From positions 1,203,409-1,267,408 of the forward strand of contig NW_015160843.1 of the NCBI RefSeq assembly GCF_001447785.1: a stretch of DNA of 64,000 nt. Reading direction: 5' to 3'. Under the pieces are notes generated by a model that worked only from the letters and a program-made list of their open reading frames with translations, ran no database searches and was not told the origin of the DNA. Position 1 is the stretch's first letter. Every line of letters begins with the position of its first letter. This document shows positions 50,526-62,703 of the stretch, in pieces. A program made the translations under genes and the position numbers. This DNA is from Gekko japonicus (taxonomy: Eukaryota).

Positions 50526-50543
50526 TGGTGACAAGGATGGGAT
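50526..50543 (+). promoter_or_regulatory. PBS complementary to the 3' end of tRNA-Ser(GCU)
   Basis: TGGTGACAAGGATGGGAT versus expected TGGCGACGAGGATGGGAT; both differences are CpG-type transitions. Confidence 0.75.
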
Positions 50544-52318
50544 CCCCCTGGTATTAAAACACCTAGGAAGCTGTGGAGATAAGTTGAGATCAGACTAGCT
50601 TGTTCCCTGCCTTCCATTTTAAGGCTAACTCACAACAGAAATGGCTACAGAGGGCCACGTAAAAGAATTTGATGTAAGTCAACCCGCCTCTTGGGACTGT
50701 TATGCAGAAAGACGATCTTACTGTCTACAAACGAATGTCTTACAATCTACAAGCTAATAAAATTGAAATGGCAGAACAAAAGCATGCAATTTTATTGACT
50801 GTGGAGCAAAAACTTTTGCTATTGTTCATTCTCTGATGGCACCTGCTGCACCAAGTACAAAAACTTATGATTAACTGATAGCTCTGTTGAAGACACATTT
50901 TCCCCCAACACCATCTGTTATTCTACAGAAGTTCTATTTTTTAAGCATGATCAGGGAGCAGTGAAAATATAGCAGAATACATTGCAGAGCTCTGTCACCT
51001 TGCTGAACATTGTGAATTTGGGGATTTTCTGAAAGGCTTGTTGTGAGATCTGCTCATCTGTGGAGTTAAGGATGAGGCCATCCAGTGGAGCCTCCTCTCT
51101 GAATGGAATCAATGGAATCTAACTTTTGCTGCAACACGTAACAAGCATTAGCAGCTGAAGCCACTGCATGTAATGTCAGAGAAATTTGTAACAGGCACCC
51201 CACTGATGCCCACATTCTCCAACAAACCCAGGAATCAGATGAGGAGCAAGTACAAAGGCTCACATCTACATCAGTGGGATTACATAAATCAAGTAATGCA
51301 GCTATAAATTTAAGCTGTGGAGGGCAACATAAACAAAGTGAATGCAGATTCAGGAATGCTGAGTGTCACACTTGCCAAAAAAGTGGTCACAATAGAAAGA
51401 GTTTGTCCGTCAAGGGCTAATCCCAGGAAATCCCAAGAGGGTTTTCCCGAGGAAGAAGTACAGACATTGTACTCCATTCAACATATTCATACTGTTGAGG
51501 GGCAATGCACAGAAATGATTGCCACTGTAGAGATAAATGGTGAGAAGTGTGAAATGGAAGTTGACTTTGGGGCTGGATCCACCATCATAGACAGCAACAC
51601 AATTTCACAGCTATTCTAGGACCATTCTACCAAATTACACACAGATCAGAATGTTGCCTTCATGACTATAATGGACGGATTGTTCAGATCCTTGAAAGTT
51701 GTGATGTAGATGTTCGCTATGGACCTGTCAGATGGACATTACCCTTGCTAGTTACAAAAGGGATTTGTAAAAGCCTGCTGGGAATAAACTTTTCCACACC
51801 CTTCGGAATCAGTGTTCAAGGAGTATAGCATCTGTCCAGCAATACCTGAAGAACAGGCATCTGAGTTCCCATGTGTATTCATGGAGGCATTAGGAGCATA
51901 CAAAGGTCCAGCAGTGACTTTTCAAATGGACCCTATCATCACACATATTTTTTGAAGGCATGGAATGATCCTTTCACCCTGAAACCAAAGATTGATGAAG
52001 AACTTGATCGGCTCATTGCACAATGAGTTACAGTTCATGCAACCTGGGCTACCTCTGTTCCTGTCTTGAAACCAAATGGCAACATATGTATTTGAGGGGA
52101 TTATAAATGTACCATAAATAAGCACTCAAGCAAGACCCATATCAAGTGCCTGCCATAACCAGTTGTTGTCTATCCTGTCAGGAGGAAAGATTTTTGCTAA
52201 ATTAGACCTTGGTCAAGCCTATCAGTGGATGACAAGACTGCAGATACCCAAACTATTATTATACACAGAGGAGCTTTTCATGAGAAACATCTTCGATATG
52301 GACTCTCAGTGGCACCAG

Positions 52319-52438
52319 GGCTGCGATCACACATACTAAATAACCCACTTTCAAAGCACTTTCCAACTGCATTTTGCCAGTTCACACAGTAAAATCCAGT
52401 TGGAAAGTGTGGGTTATTTAGTGTGTGTGATCACAGCC
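52319..52438. mobile_element. Harbinger-like palindromic MITE inserted in the Gypsy RT
   Basis: TIR GGCTGCGATCACAC / GTGTGATCACAGCC. TSD CAG / CAA. It splits the VAP|GIFQ motif. Confidence 0.8.
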
Positions 52439-53764
52439 CAAGAATCTTTCAGGGCTTCATGGAAACTTTATTAGCAGGTATTCCTGGGGTTGTGCCTTAC
52501 TTCAATTATGTGTTAATTATGGTCTCCTCTAAGGAGTAACTTGTAAATTGACTCAAAAAGGTTCTGCAGAGGTTTGGTCTTTCAGACATTACAGTCTAGA
52601 AACAGAAATGCTAGCTGAGAGTTCCCAATATCACATTCCTGGGATACTAGATTGATGCAGCTGGTATCCACCCTACACAGGATAAGGTAAAGGCAATACA
52701 CAATGCCATAGACCAAAATGCAAGGAAGATCTTCAGGCATTTCTGGGGCTCTTAAATTTTTATCACATTTTCTTAAAAAACAAAGCCACAGTAGCAGAAC
52801 CCTGTTAGATAAAGATGCTCAGTGGAAGTGGACTCACAAACATGAAGAAGCTCCGATTGTGTTCAGCTCTGATTGTGTACTCCCTCGCTATGATGAACAG
52901 GGACCTCTGTCCGTTAAATGGGATGCCTCACCATTTGGAGTTGGAGCTGTCCTTAGTCACATACTACCAGGTGGTACAGAAGCACCAGTTGCTTTTTATT
53001 CTAGGACAATGACCTCAACTGAAAGGAACTATGTTCAGATTGATAAAGAGGCATTAGTTATTGTGGCAGGAGTTTAAAAAAATTCATAATTATGTATATG
53101 GTCATCCTTTTGAAATCCAAACACAAGCCACTTGGAATTTTCACCAAAGACAAACTGATGCCTCCCAATTTATCGCCCCTATGCAATGCTGGAGTATTAT
53201 GCTGAATGTTTATGATTATAATCTCATTTATAGGGCAGGGAAAGAAATTGCAAACATGGATGCCTTAAGCCATCTACCACTGCAGATACTTACTGTGCCA
53301 TCCCTCCACCAATGGAAGTCCTTATGCTGGAATCCATGACAGACCTCCTCTTAAGGCTGCACAGATTGCTAGAATGACAACAGAGGATCCCATCTTGGCA
53401 TGTGTTCTCAACTGAGTATGGAAGGGTTGGCCCACAGAAAAACTGGCTGAAGTATTCAGGCCATTTTCATCCCATCAGTATGAACTGTCAGCTCGTAAAG
53501 GTTGTCTATTATGGGGAAACAGGGTGGTCATTTCAGAAGCAGGAAGCAGTTGGAACCTCCTTGAGAGCACTTAACATACACACACATCGGACTCTATATG
53601 CAGCACACCCAGGTATGGTGCAAATGAAGACACTGGCCAGAAGTAATGTCTGGAGGCCTGGACTAGATGCTGATATTGAAAGGTCATGCGAGTGAATGCA
53701 ACATATATCAAGGAATCCACAATCCACCAAAAACTCCAGTTTTCCCTTGGTAAGTATGGTAATA

Positions 53765-54450
53765 ATAGAATCATAGCGTTGGAAGGGGCTGTACAGACCA
53801 TCCAGTCCAACCCCCTACCCAATGCAGGACCAGCCTAAAGCATCGCTGACAAATATTCATCCAGCCTCTTTTTGAAAGCTGTCAGTGAAGGGGAGTTAAC
53901 CACCTCTCTAGGCATCTGATTCCACTTTTGAACTACTCTGACCATGAAAAAGTTTTTCCTAATATCCAGCCAATATCTTTCTGCATGTAATTTAAACCTG
54001 TTGCTTCGGGTCCTATCCTCTGCTGCAAACTGGAACAGCTCCTTAAGAACATAAGAACATAAGAGACGCCAATGTTGGATCAGGCCAAAGGCCCATCCAG
54101 TCCAACACTCTGTGTCACACAGTGGCCAGAAATACCAGGTGCCATCAGGAGGTCCTCCAGTGGGGCCAGGACATTAGAAGCCCTCCCACTGTTGACCCCC
54201 CCCCAAGCACCTTGCCCTCCTCCAAATGAAAGCCTTTCAAATATTTAAAGAGAGCGATCATGTCCCCCCCTCAGTCTCCTCTTCTCCAAACTAAACATTC
54301 CCAAGGCTTTAGCCTTTCCTCGTAGGGCAAAGTCTCCAGACCCCTGATCATCCTCGTCACTCTCTTCTGCACCTTCTCGATTTTATCCACATCCTTTTTG
54401 AAGTGAGGTCTCCAGAACTGCACACAGTACTCAAGGTGCGGCACCAGGTA
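53765..54450 (-). mobile_element. CR1 3' fragment with a second CR1 3'UTR nested at about 54044-54210
   Basis: [20 protein letters not shown] peptide and an ATAGAATCATAG tail. The nested piece has an (AAGAACAT)n tail and matches 29870-30036. Confidence 0.85.
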
Positions 54451-55329
54451 TACTGATACCCAAATCCCCCCCCCAAAAAAATACACAGAATGTATTCTTT
54501 AACTGGTATGAATGCTCTTGGAAATTAGGGATAATGATTATTATGTCCTTTCTAAAATACTGAACTGAAATTAAATGGAATATGTTTAAGGGTGCACCCT
54601 ATATACATCCATTCTTGCATAGACATTTTCACATATACCTCTTCATTTTTGCAGCTCTTCCCAACCTCTGGAAAGAACAAAGATGGGGGTTCCATGCAGA
54701 GCAATAGCTGTGTGGGTTAGAGGGCTGATGAGTTTACAAAACCCACTGTGAAAGTGAGAGAAAGTGAGTGCCAAAAATATAAACAAAACATAAAAACCAT
54801 AAACCCAGAAGGAAACAGTAGCTTTTCCTAGTTGGAGACAAAATACTGGCCTCATTCTGATCCAGTAGGACAATTGGGATGTCCTCAGCCATTACAGCTG
54901 CCAAACCACCACCAATGGGGGTGGGGACCATCTGCCCTCAGGTTCTGTTGTCTGATACCACTTGGATCAGCAGTGAGAGAATTTTTTAAACAGCCTCATG
55001 TACTTTATTTATGTATTTATTTGATTTATACCCCACCCTCCCCACCGAAGCAGGCTCAGGGTGGCTCACATAAAAAGTTAAAACAGTTAAGAACATTAAA
55101 CATTTATAAAACATTTATAAGATGCTAGATATACTTACTGGAAGTTCTTACCTGAAGTGCCAAACAGTAGCTCTGGGCAATTCCTAGAGCCACCCTTTGT
55201 CACTTCAGATAAGAACTTCAAGTAAGCACACAAGGCTGCATTAAAAAAAAAATCTCCTGTGATGCTGCACATCCGTCAGCCCCCCCACCCCCCAGCCCAG
55301 TTTCCAAGCTCTGCTGGGCAACCTTATCA

Positions 55330-55703
55330 ATCATGCTTTGTGATTCTAGGTTAACTAAGTTCCTGATACGGGTGGGACCTTTCCTGCCTCCACTCAGCTG
55401 GGCAGCAAGAAAAATATAAAAAAGAAAATGTGGGGGCAGCCAGTGTCCCAACACGCTGATGCCATTTTCTATGCAATCAAAAGAGATGTTAGTGCATCAC
55501 TGGGGATGGTCTAGCATTCTGGCAAAACTCCAACAGAGTTATGCCCAAGCACTAGAGCAGCCCTGGTGATATGCTGATATCACTTACAGTTGCACAGGAA
55601 GTGATGTCATTGCATTGTCGGTGATGCTAGTGCATCACCAGCAAGGGCCCCCATTTCCTTACTGAGTGTCTCACCGGTTGCCAGCCTTCTTCTTGCAACC
55701 CTA
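55330..55703. mobile_element. hAT-like MITE (same family as 12632-12989)
   Basis: Ends TGCAACCCTA. Internal GGAAGTGATGTCA and GAGTTATGCCCAA blocks. Confidence 0.55.
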
Positions 55704-57744
55704 TGTGATTTCCCACACACCACTGCCAGCTTTTGGCTGTATGATGGCAGTGGCTGTCAAATGCCTATCTCACTAGGTCCTGCTCTAATGCTTATACTCA
55801 TGTCACTAGAAGAAACTTCCATGGCTTCGATAGACTGCATCAAAAACGTCCCCTGCTCAATGGCACTCTGTATTGGCAGCTAAGGGTTGAACTATGCTCT
55901 GTGCTGTGTCTTTCTGCTTTTTGCTCCCCTGAGCCAAGTGTTTCCCTATCACTATGCATAGAATGTAGATTCAGCAGAGGATTCATTGCCTGCTAAATAA
56001 ATATCAAGCTGTGAAGCACGTGTGTATCAAGGTAAGGGGAAGTGACATTCTGAGCAACCTAGTTAGGAGCTGATGATATTTATAAACAAAGGAGTGGTTT
56101 TAAAATAGTCAACTCTGTTCAGTCTAAATGGAATTATTTTATTGGCTGTCATTCAAATGTCTTTTCCATTGCTGATGGAATGGCCCTGTAAGGAAGGCCT
56201 CTCAGCCTTGAGGGCTAGGGAAGGCACTACGCTTTCCAACTACGGTCCTTCACATCAAGTACATTTAATTAAAAATGGTATCCATTTTCTTTTTCTTCCT
56301 TCCCTCATCCATTCCTTCTTCCACCTCTCTCTTCACACTGCAACCTTTCCAGGGAGCAAATCAAGCCCAGCAATTATGCAGTGCGTTAAAGAGAGTATTA
56401 AGCCAAGACAGATTTCTCCTGAGAATGTTGCTGTTCAGCAAACAGAAATACAAAAGCAGTCTGTGAAATTCAGCAAATTGCCTCTTGGATAAAGGCAACC
56501 ATTTACAATGCACTCAGAGCCCTGAGAAATTATCTGAAGAGAAATCAGTTTGTTATATTTTTCCCTTTCCCCTTTTACAAAGAAGCAAATGAAAAGGTTT
56601 TAAAATTGCTTCTAAAGAAGGGGCTTGGCCTCTACTTCTAGGAGATGCTGGCAGATTTTCTTGAATCAATTCCCTAGAATATATATTTTTTGTGTATTAT
56701 TACTTGCCAGTATGCCACATTTGCTGATGCTTTCCCATCTCTGCTGCACCTTTATTTATTTATTGAGGAAACCTATCCCTGGCCTTTCTGTCAAAATAAA
56801 TTACCACTCAAAGTGGCTTGCACAAAAACCCTCCATTAATAAAACTATCTTAAAACTTATCTAAAATAACAATTAAAGCTAAGAAGCACAGCATCAATAT
56901 TTTAAAAAATCCAGGACAATGGAGGACTAAAACAATCTATTGATGGAAGTGGTAATGGCAGCAAATAGCAATAAACTGATTACAACTCAGTTGAAATGCT
57001 TAGTCTTCACCAGATGTTCAGAGGTGATGTGCAAAGGTGTCAAAAGAATATTCCATAGCACTATCCTACCCTGCCTGCATCTTTACCTTCCCTGCATCTG
57101 TTTATGAAGAAACAAAAAGCAAAATGGTCCCCAGAAGTAAATCTAACAATACAGGTAGGAAATCAAAGCAGACATGTATAGAAGGAGTTTCCTTCAGATA
57201 CTCCAGTCCTAAACCATTTGGGGCTGTAGGGCATTGCCAGCATGAGGGGTGAAGTGGAGCCTGTTGGAACCCTAAAGTCAAAGGCCAAGGGGGCAAGTAA
57301 TAGTTCCACAGCATCACCTTCTAGGATCTGCCCATCTCTGTATGCTCATCATGACAGCCCAAAAATATCATTAAATAGTACCCTTGTCCAACTGTAGTTA
57401 GGTTGTCAAGAGTCAACTGTCATACATTCCTCTTGTATGCCACACAGTTTAGATAATCTGTCACAGCAACCAAGGTAGTTTCTGTCCTAAATCTTCCTTG
57501 GAGGCAGGCTACAGCTGGGTCACAGCTACAGCACACGCAAGCACCTTGCCCCCAGAAGTAGATTTGACGTGGTGAAATACCAAAGATGTAAAATATGTGG
57601 AATAGTTAATCTTCTAACAAAAACATGCTAATTGCTCAGTTGCTGAGCTATGTGCTGATGTCCATTTGCTGATGGAAAGAACCTTGTGCTGATGAAACGT
57701 AGCATCATTAGTCACTGAATGTATGCAATTTGCTGCCCCATAGG

Positions 57745-58015
57745 GCCACTGGATTAGATGGCTTTAAAGGGAGATTAGATGTATTCCTGGAGGATAGACC
57801 TCTCAACAGCTGTTACATTTGGTAGCTAAATGGAACCTCCATGTTCAGAAGCAATTATACTTCTCAATACCCAGTTTGGGGAAAGAAAAGGGGAGGGCTG
57901 CTGCTTTCATTACCTGTTTCTGAGCTTCCAGAAAGCATCTGACTAGCCACAATTGGAAATGGGCTTCTAGACTGGATGCACCCTCAGTCTGGATGAGAGG
58001 GCTCTTATTATGTTC
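57745..58015 (+). mobile_element. old CR1 3' end
   Basis: TTAGATGGCTTTAAAGGGAGATTAGA...GGCTCTTATTATGTTC. Confidence 0.6.
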
Positions 58016-59348
58016 AGTCAGATAACTGTGAAAATCAGTGTCCTTTTTGGTCCCTGATGTCCTGGAAAACGAGGGAATGTTTTTGATGCTTTTAGTCCCC
58101 AATAACGGAGGCATCAGAAATCAAAATTCTAAGGAAAAGACAATTTGCTTTGGAGATTTTCTTTTTTTGAGATGCAAAAATGGAAGCATTTCTTCAAAAT
58201 GCTGTTGACAAATTTCAGGAAGATATTCTCAAGCTTGGGAGATCAAGATCATGTCTTGTGCTCTGTTTATCCCTTCCTGTTCTTATTTTCTCTCTCTGGT
58301 GATTTAAAATTGGTTATATATTTCAGTTGTGTTGTAAACCTCAAACAAATATCAATTCTAAATTAACAGAGCAATGCAGGCAGCCAGAATGATAGCTCTG
58401 GGAGGTGTGAACTGCACCATTCATCTCGATGGAGAACAGTTCCATTTAGAGTTAGATCCCTGGTTCTGGGGTCCTGTTGAAAGAGCCTCAGATCTAATTT
58501 TAGTTCAACTACACAGGGTTTAGCCCCTCTGTAGGCTGTTGCAGTGGGTAATTGCTTTTGCTGTTCAATATTTGTGCCCTATTTCTAGGCTGAAATTCAA
58601 TTTCCCTCTCTGCTCATGTTCCTCTCCCTCCCTCTCTTATCTCACTTGCATTTTATGAAGTTCTCATTCGGAACCAAGCTCCAACCTCAGCAAGAAACTT
58701 TGGCTCCCATAGACAGAACAGCACTAATCTTGTGTGTAATTGAATTGTCTCTCTGGATAATATTGGGTTGCTTTTTGAAACAGTTCTCTTTGGAGCACGA
58801 TTGTTTTATTTGAGCTTGGATTTTATTTCGCTATTTGTAAGCACTGTAAATAGGGTGGGTATATTTTGATGTCCTTACAGGGATTTATTTATTTCTCTCT
58901 CACACACACACACAATCCTGAGGAGCAAATAAAGCCCTGCAAACAAACCTGGAGCTCCATCAGCACCACCAGGTGAAGGGCTACCTAAACTTTTCCAGCA
59001 GAACTGGGAACTTGAATGTGTTCCCAGAGTTCCCATCAGGTGCCTTAACAACCCAATTGCTCTGTACCATGCAAAGGGATTTTACAGACTTGAGTTATAC
59101 TTGTGAAGTGATTTCTTACCAAAAAAAATACACAATAACCCCATTGTAGATGTTTTTTCTGTTAGAAATCTCTTCACAAATATAACTTTTTTTGCACCAA
59201 GTATCCCAATGTGTTTAGGATTATAGCCTTAAAACAACACTTTGCTTCAAAATCTTATCCCTGAAGAAACATACCCAGTTCTCAACTTTTTCTGGGGGAT
59301 AGTCCTGTGAGATCTGCTTCTGTATCATAATTTTAAATGTCTGAACAA

Positions 59349-59553
59349 TGTGTGTGTATTAGGTGCCATCAAGTTACGTTCAACTTATAATGACCATATG
59401 ACTCAATGACCTTCAAAATCTTCTAGCATTAACAGCTTTGCTGAGGACTTGAAAACTGAGGTAGTGGCTTCCTTTGAGTCAGTCTATCTCATATTGGGTT
59501 TTCCTCTTTTCCTACTGCCTTCAACTTTTTCTAGCAGTATTGTATTTTCCAGT
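59349..59553 (-). mobile_element. RTE-clade LINE 3' end
   Basis: Minus strand LENTILLEKVEGSRKRGKPNMR-like coding end, then GTCATTATAAGTTGAACGTAACTTGATGGCAC and (CA)n. Confidence 0.65.
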
Positions 59554-60397
59554 TCTAACAAATCCTGGGAAAGGATGTTGTATGGCATCACAGTAAAATC
59601 AAACCTTTCCTGCTGGTCTTTATGATCCTGGATAATCAGCTTATCCTCTTTGGGGATCTTTATTTTTTTACTCTCCTGACAATATTCCCAAGATCTTTTG
59701 ATTATACTTGCTGAAACAATAGTCAGAAAGAAGAGGAAAATGTTGGCATTAATACTTTTGACTTTTAGTGTTTAGGTTCTGGTCAGATAATGATTTTCTC
59801 TTATTAAGAGCTCCCTAAAAATATGAATAACCTGTAAAAAATGCTGAGAAAAAGTACCTTAAGCAATGAATATAAAAATAACATAACATCCATATTCTAA
59901 CAATCTACCATTGTGCATAAACTAACAACAATTATCTTGATATTGATAAGGACTTGTTCACAAAGCATGGGTACCCAACTAAAGGTACAGGCATTTGGAG
60001 TTTTGCAACATTCCTATTATCCCACATACTGTAATGTCCACCAGAACAGCACTCCTGTATCCAGCTTGCACATAACATTGACCACCACTGATGTAAAGCA
60101 TATTTAAGAGTCATCTTCCCACGGTTGGACCAAAGTACAATAGCTTCAGTTTCGTCTGAACTATAGATGCTTGATTTTTGCCCCTTTTGAATTGCAGTGG
60201 GGATAAATGATACTTGGAGTCAGCTGTCTAGAACAGCAGGGTGGATGAAATGGTTTCCCCATAGATCTGTGGTTGAGTTTTTAGCATCCTAGGCAAATAG
60301 GGAGGAACAACTCCCTCAGCTGCTAGGATGCAGACATTAAAGAGTGATTGGATGCCATTTTTTTCAGTGTTCAAAAAAGGAGCAGGGATATCTGTTC

Positions 60398-61041
60398 TAG
60401 GGCTGCCAGACCTCCCGGTCTGGTGGGGTTTACCCACTTTCTGGGGGGTTCAACCCACCGCCAGCCAGCTGGTTGGCAGGGAAGCCCTGCCCCCAAGCCT
60501 GAACACCCACAGCCACCCCTCTCCCTTCTCTCTTGAGAGGGAGGGAGAGGGGCAGCTGCTGGCAGCGTACCTAAATTCCAAGTGGCATTGCCACTTGGAG
60601 ATCGAGCACGTGGGGCCCACCAGCTGCAAAAACTTAAAAGGACCCCTTTAAGTGCTTGCAGCCCGCAGGGACTGGCCCGTGTCCAATCTTCCTGAGTGGG
60701 AGCCTTGCAAAAGGTGACTCTCCCTGAGCGGGGGCTGTCTGCTCCTGCCTTGCAAGATGCAAAGTCACCTTTTGCAAGGCAGGGATGCCCACTCTTGCGA
60801 GTAGGGACCATTGGCTCCTGCCTTGCAAGAGGCAAGATCGCTTCTTGCAAGGCAAGGGCACTTGGCCCTCGCTTCCCCCCACCAGTATTTAAAGGGATGT
60901 TTCCCTTTAAATGATAGGGGAACAGCAGGGTGTGATGATGTCACATGGATGTGATGTCATCACGGTGGGGGTGGCCACACACCCCTCCTGGAATGCCGCC
61001 TAATTCCCCGGCTGGGGAGAAGATTGGACCTGGCAACCCTT
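60398..61041. mobile_element. hAT-like MITE with an 8-bp TSD
   Basis: TIR TAGGGCTGCCAG / CTGGCAACCCTT. TSD ATCTGTTC / ATCTGCTC. Internal CTTGCAAG palindromic repeats at 60704-60857. Confidence 0.8.
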
Positions 61042-61237
61042 ATCTGCTCAGAAGCACTATAAATATATATGGGAGTTTTATACTGTAAGATATATTGAAA
61101 AGTAGATTCCTTGTTGATAGCAGTTCCTGTAGATCTGCAGGATAATTATTTGGGGATCAAATGTTACATATGAGCACAGTGGCTTACAATAGCCTGTGTC
61201 TTTCCCTCCCATATATCCTTCATGACTAATATGCACA

Positions 61238-61440
61238 GAGAACCAGTATGTAGTATTGGTTAAAGTGTAGGACAACCTGGATTCAAATCTCCAAGCTCTC
61301 TGTAAGACCTTGGACCTTTTACCATCTTTCAGCCTATCCTACCTCATATAGCTGTTGTGAGGAGAAAATAGAGGAGGTAAAAACCATGTGTGCTGTCCTT
61401 AGTTCCTTGAACAAGGGGAAAAAATAAAAGGATATTAAAT
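61238..61440 (+). mobile_element. old tRNA-derived SINE
   Basis: TGGTTAAAG...GGATTCAAATCT...GACCTTGG...CCTACCTCA...GTTGTGAGG. Confidence 0.55.
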
Positions 61441-62703
61441 GGTCACAAAAGCAGAGTTACATAGTCAGCTTCCTATTCTTAAACAATGCCCACCAAGGGA
61501 AGACCATATACAATTCACAGCTATGCTCAAAACTATGTATTATATTCATTGAAATACAAAGAAGGGTTAGTGGTCACAACCCAATAGAGTATATAGACAT
61601 AGATCCAATGGATTGCTCATAACAATTAAACATAGTTTAAACAAAGAACGTATTCAAAACCAACAGTAGGCTCTTCTGTAATTCCATACATAGGTAGTGT
61701 CCATAGACCTCCAAACAGAAAGTAACTGCTACAGAAGACTCCCACTGTGGAAAGAATAACAGCCAAATGCCTCCCCCAGGTATAAATCAAGCATTTCAAT
61801 GATCTTCAACAGGTAAAATGGAATCCGATTTCCAAAATAACGTAGACACAACTCAAAAGCTTCAATGGAATCCTAGGCTTGGTGAGTATTGTTTATGGCT
61901 ATACTTCTACACTAAGGCTTCCCTATTGTCTTAAGCTTCCTTTTCTTAGCATGGGTATCCTAGTGAGAAAGCCATCTTCTTTTTTCAGTGATACTTCCTA
62001 TACTTATAACTAGGGGCTACAGGAGGTAGTGGAAGAAAGCACAGTTTACCATAGGTAATGTTTGAAAACTCTAAAATCAGGGGCCAGAACAACTTTCAGA
62101 AGAGGGATCAACACAATTCTTCAAGTCCGAAGGTCATATACCAGATGAGATGGCCATCAGTATCTTATTGAGCTTATGAGCTTTGCTAAAAGATAGAGAC
62201 AGAATACAGGGCTCTTCAGCCTTTTCAGACCTGTGAGCTGTTTTTAACCCCTAACCTGGAATATGGGAGCAATTTTAAATTGGTTTTTCATGTATGTTCA
62301 TTTGTTTGCCATTCTTACCCCCACTACTACTTCCCCTTGTCTCTCCCTTCCTGTCTTAAATGAAAGTATTGGGAAAAGGCAGTGGTGCTGTTGATACAAT
62401 CCGTCTTAGATGGGGATGTGCCACAATTATGGGTTATACTGCACCAGCTGAAGACAACGGACTGGTTAGACCTTGGGTTAATTCATCAAGCCTGTTCTTG
62501 AGTTTTTATATTAATACATCGAGGGTAGATTGGTATCCTGAAAGCCAGACCATTAATTTTCCTTTGCAACAAGGGAGGAACTCCCTTATTCCTGAGTATG
62601 TGGGGTTTGGTTTCTTTAACCTTTCACAGGCAGGAGCAGTCTTATTTTCCACTGACACTGACTGCCAGCCTCTGTTTCCCAGGAATACACACAGTTTGCT
62701 CTT

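Larger units (their letters stand above)
49519..53750 (+). mobile_element. Gypsy LTR retrotransposon (Mag/K02A2.6-like), 3'-truncated and heavily decayed
   Basis: 5' LTR 49519-50520 (AATAAA 49759). PBS 50526-50543. gag from ATG 50641 (MATEGHVKEFD...WDCYAER). PR MEVDFGAG, RT FAKLDLGQAY, RH WDASPFGVGAVLSH...YVQIDKEAL, and IN HPGMVQMKTLARS.VW.PGLD.DIE. Confidence 0.85.
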
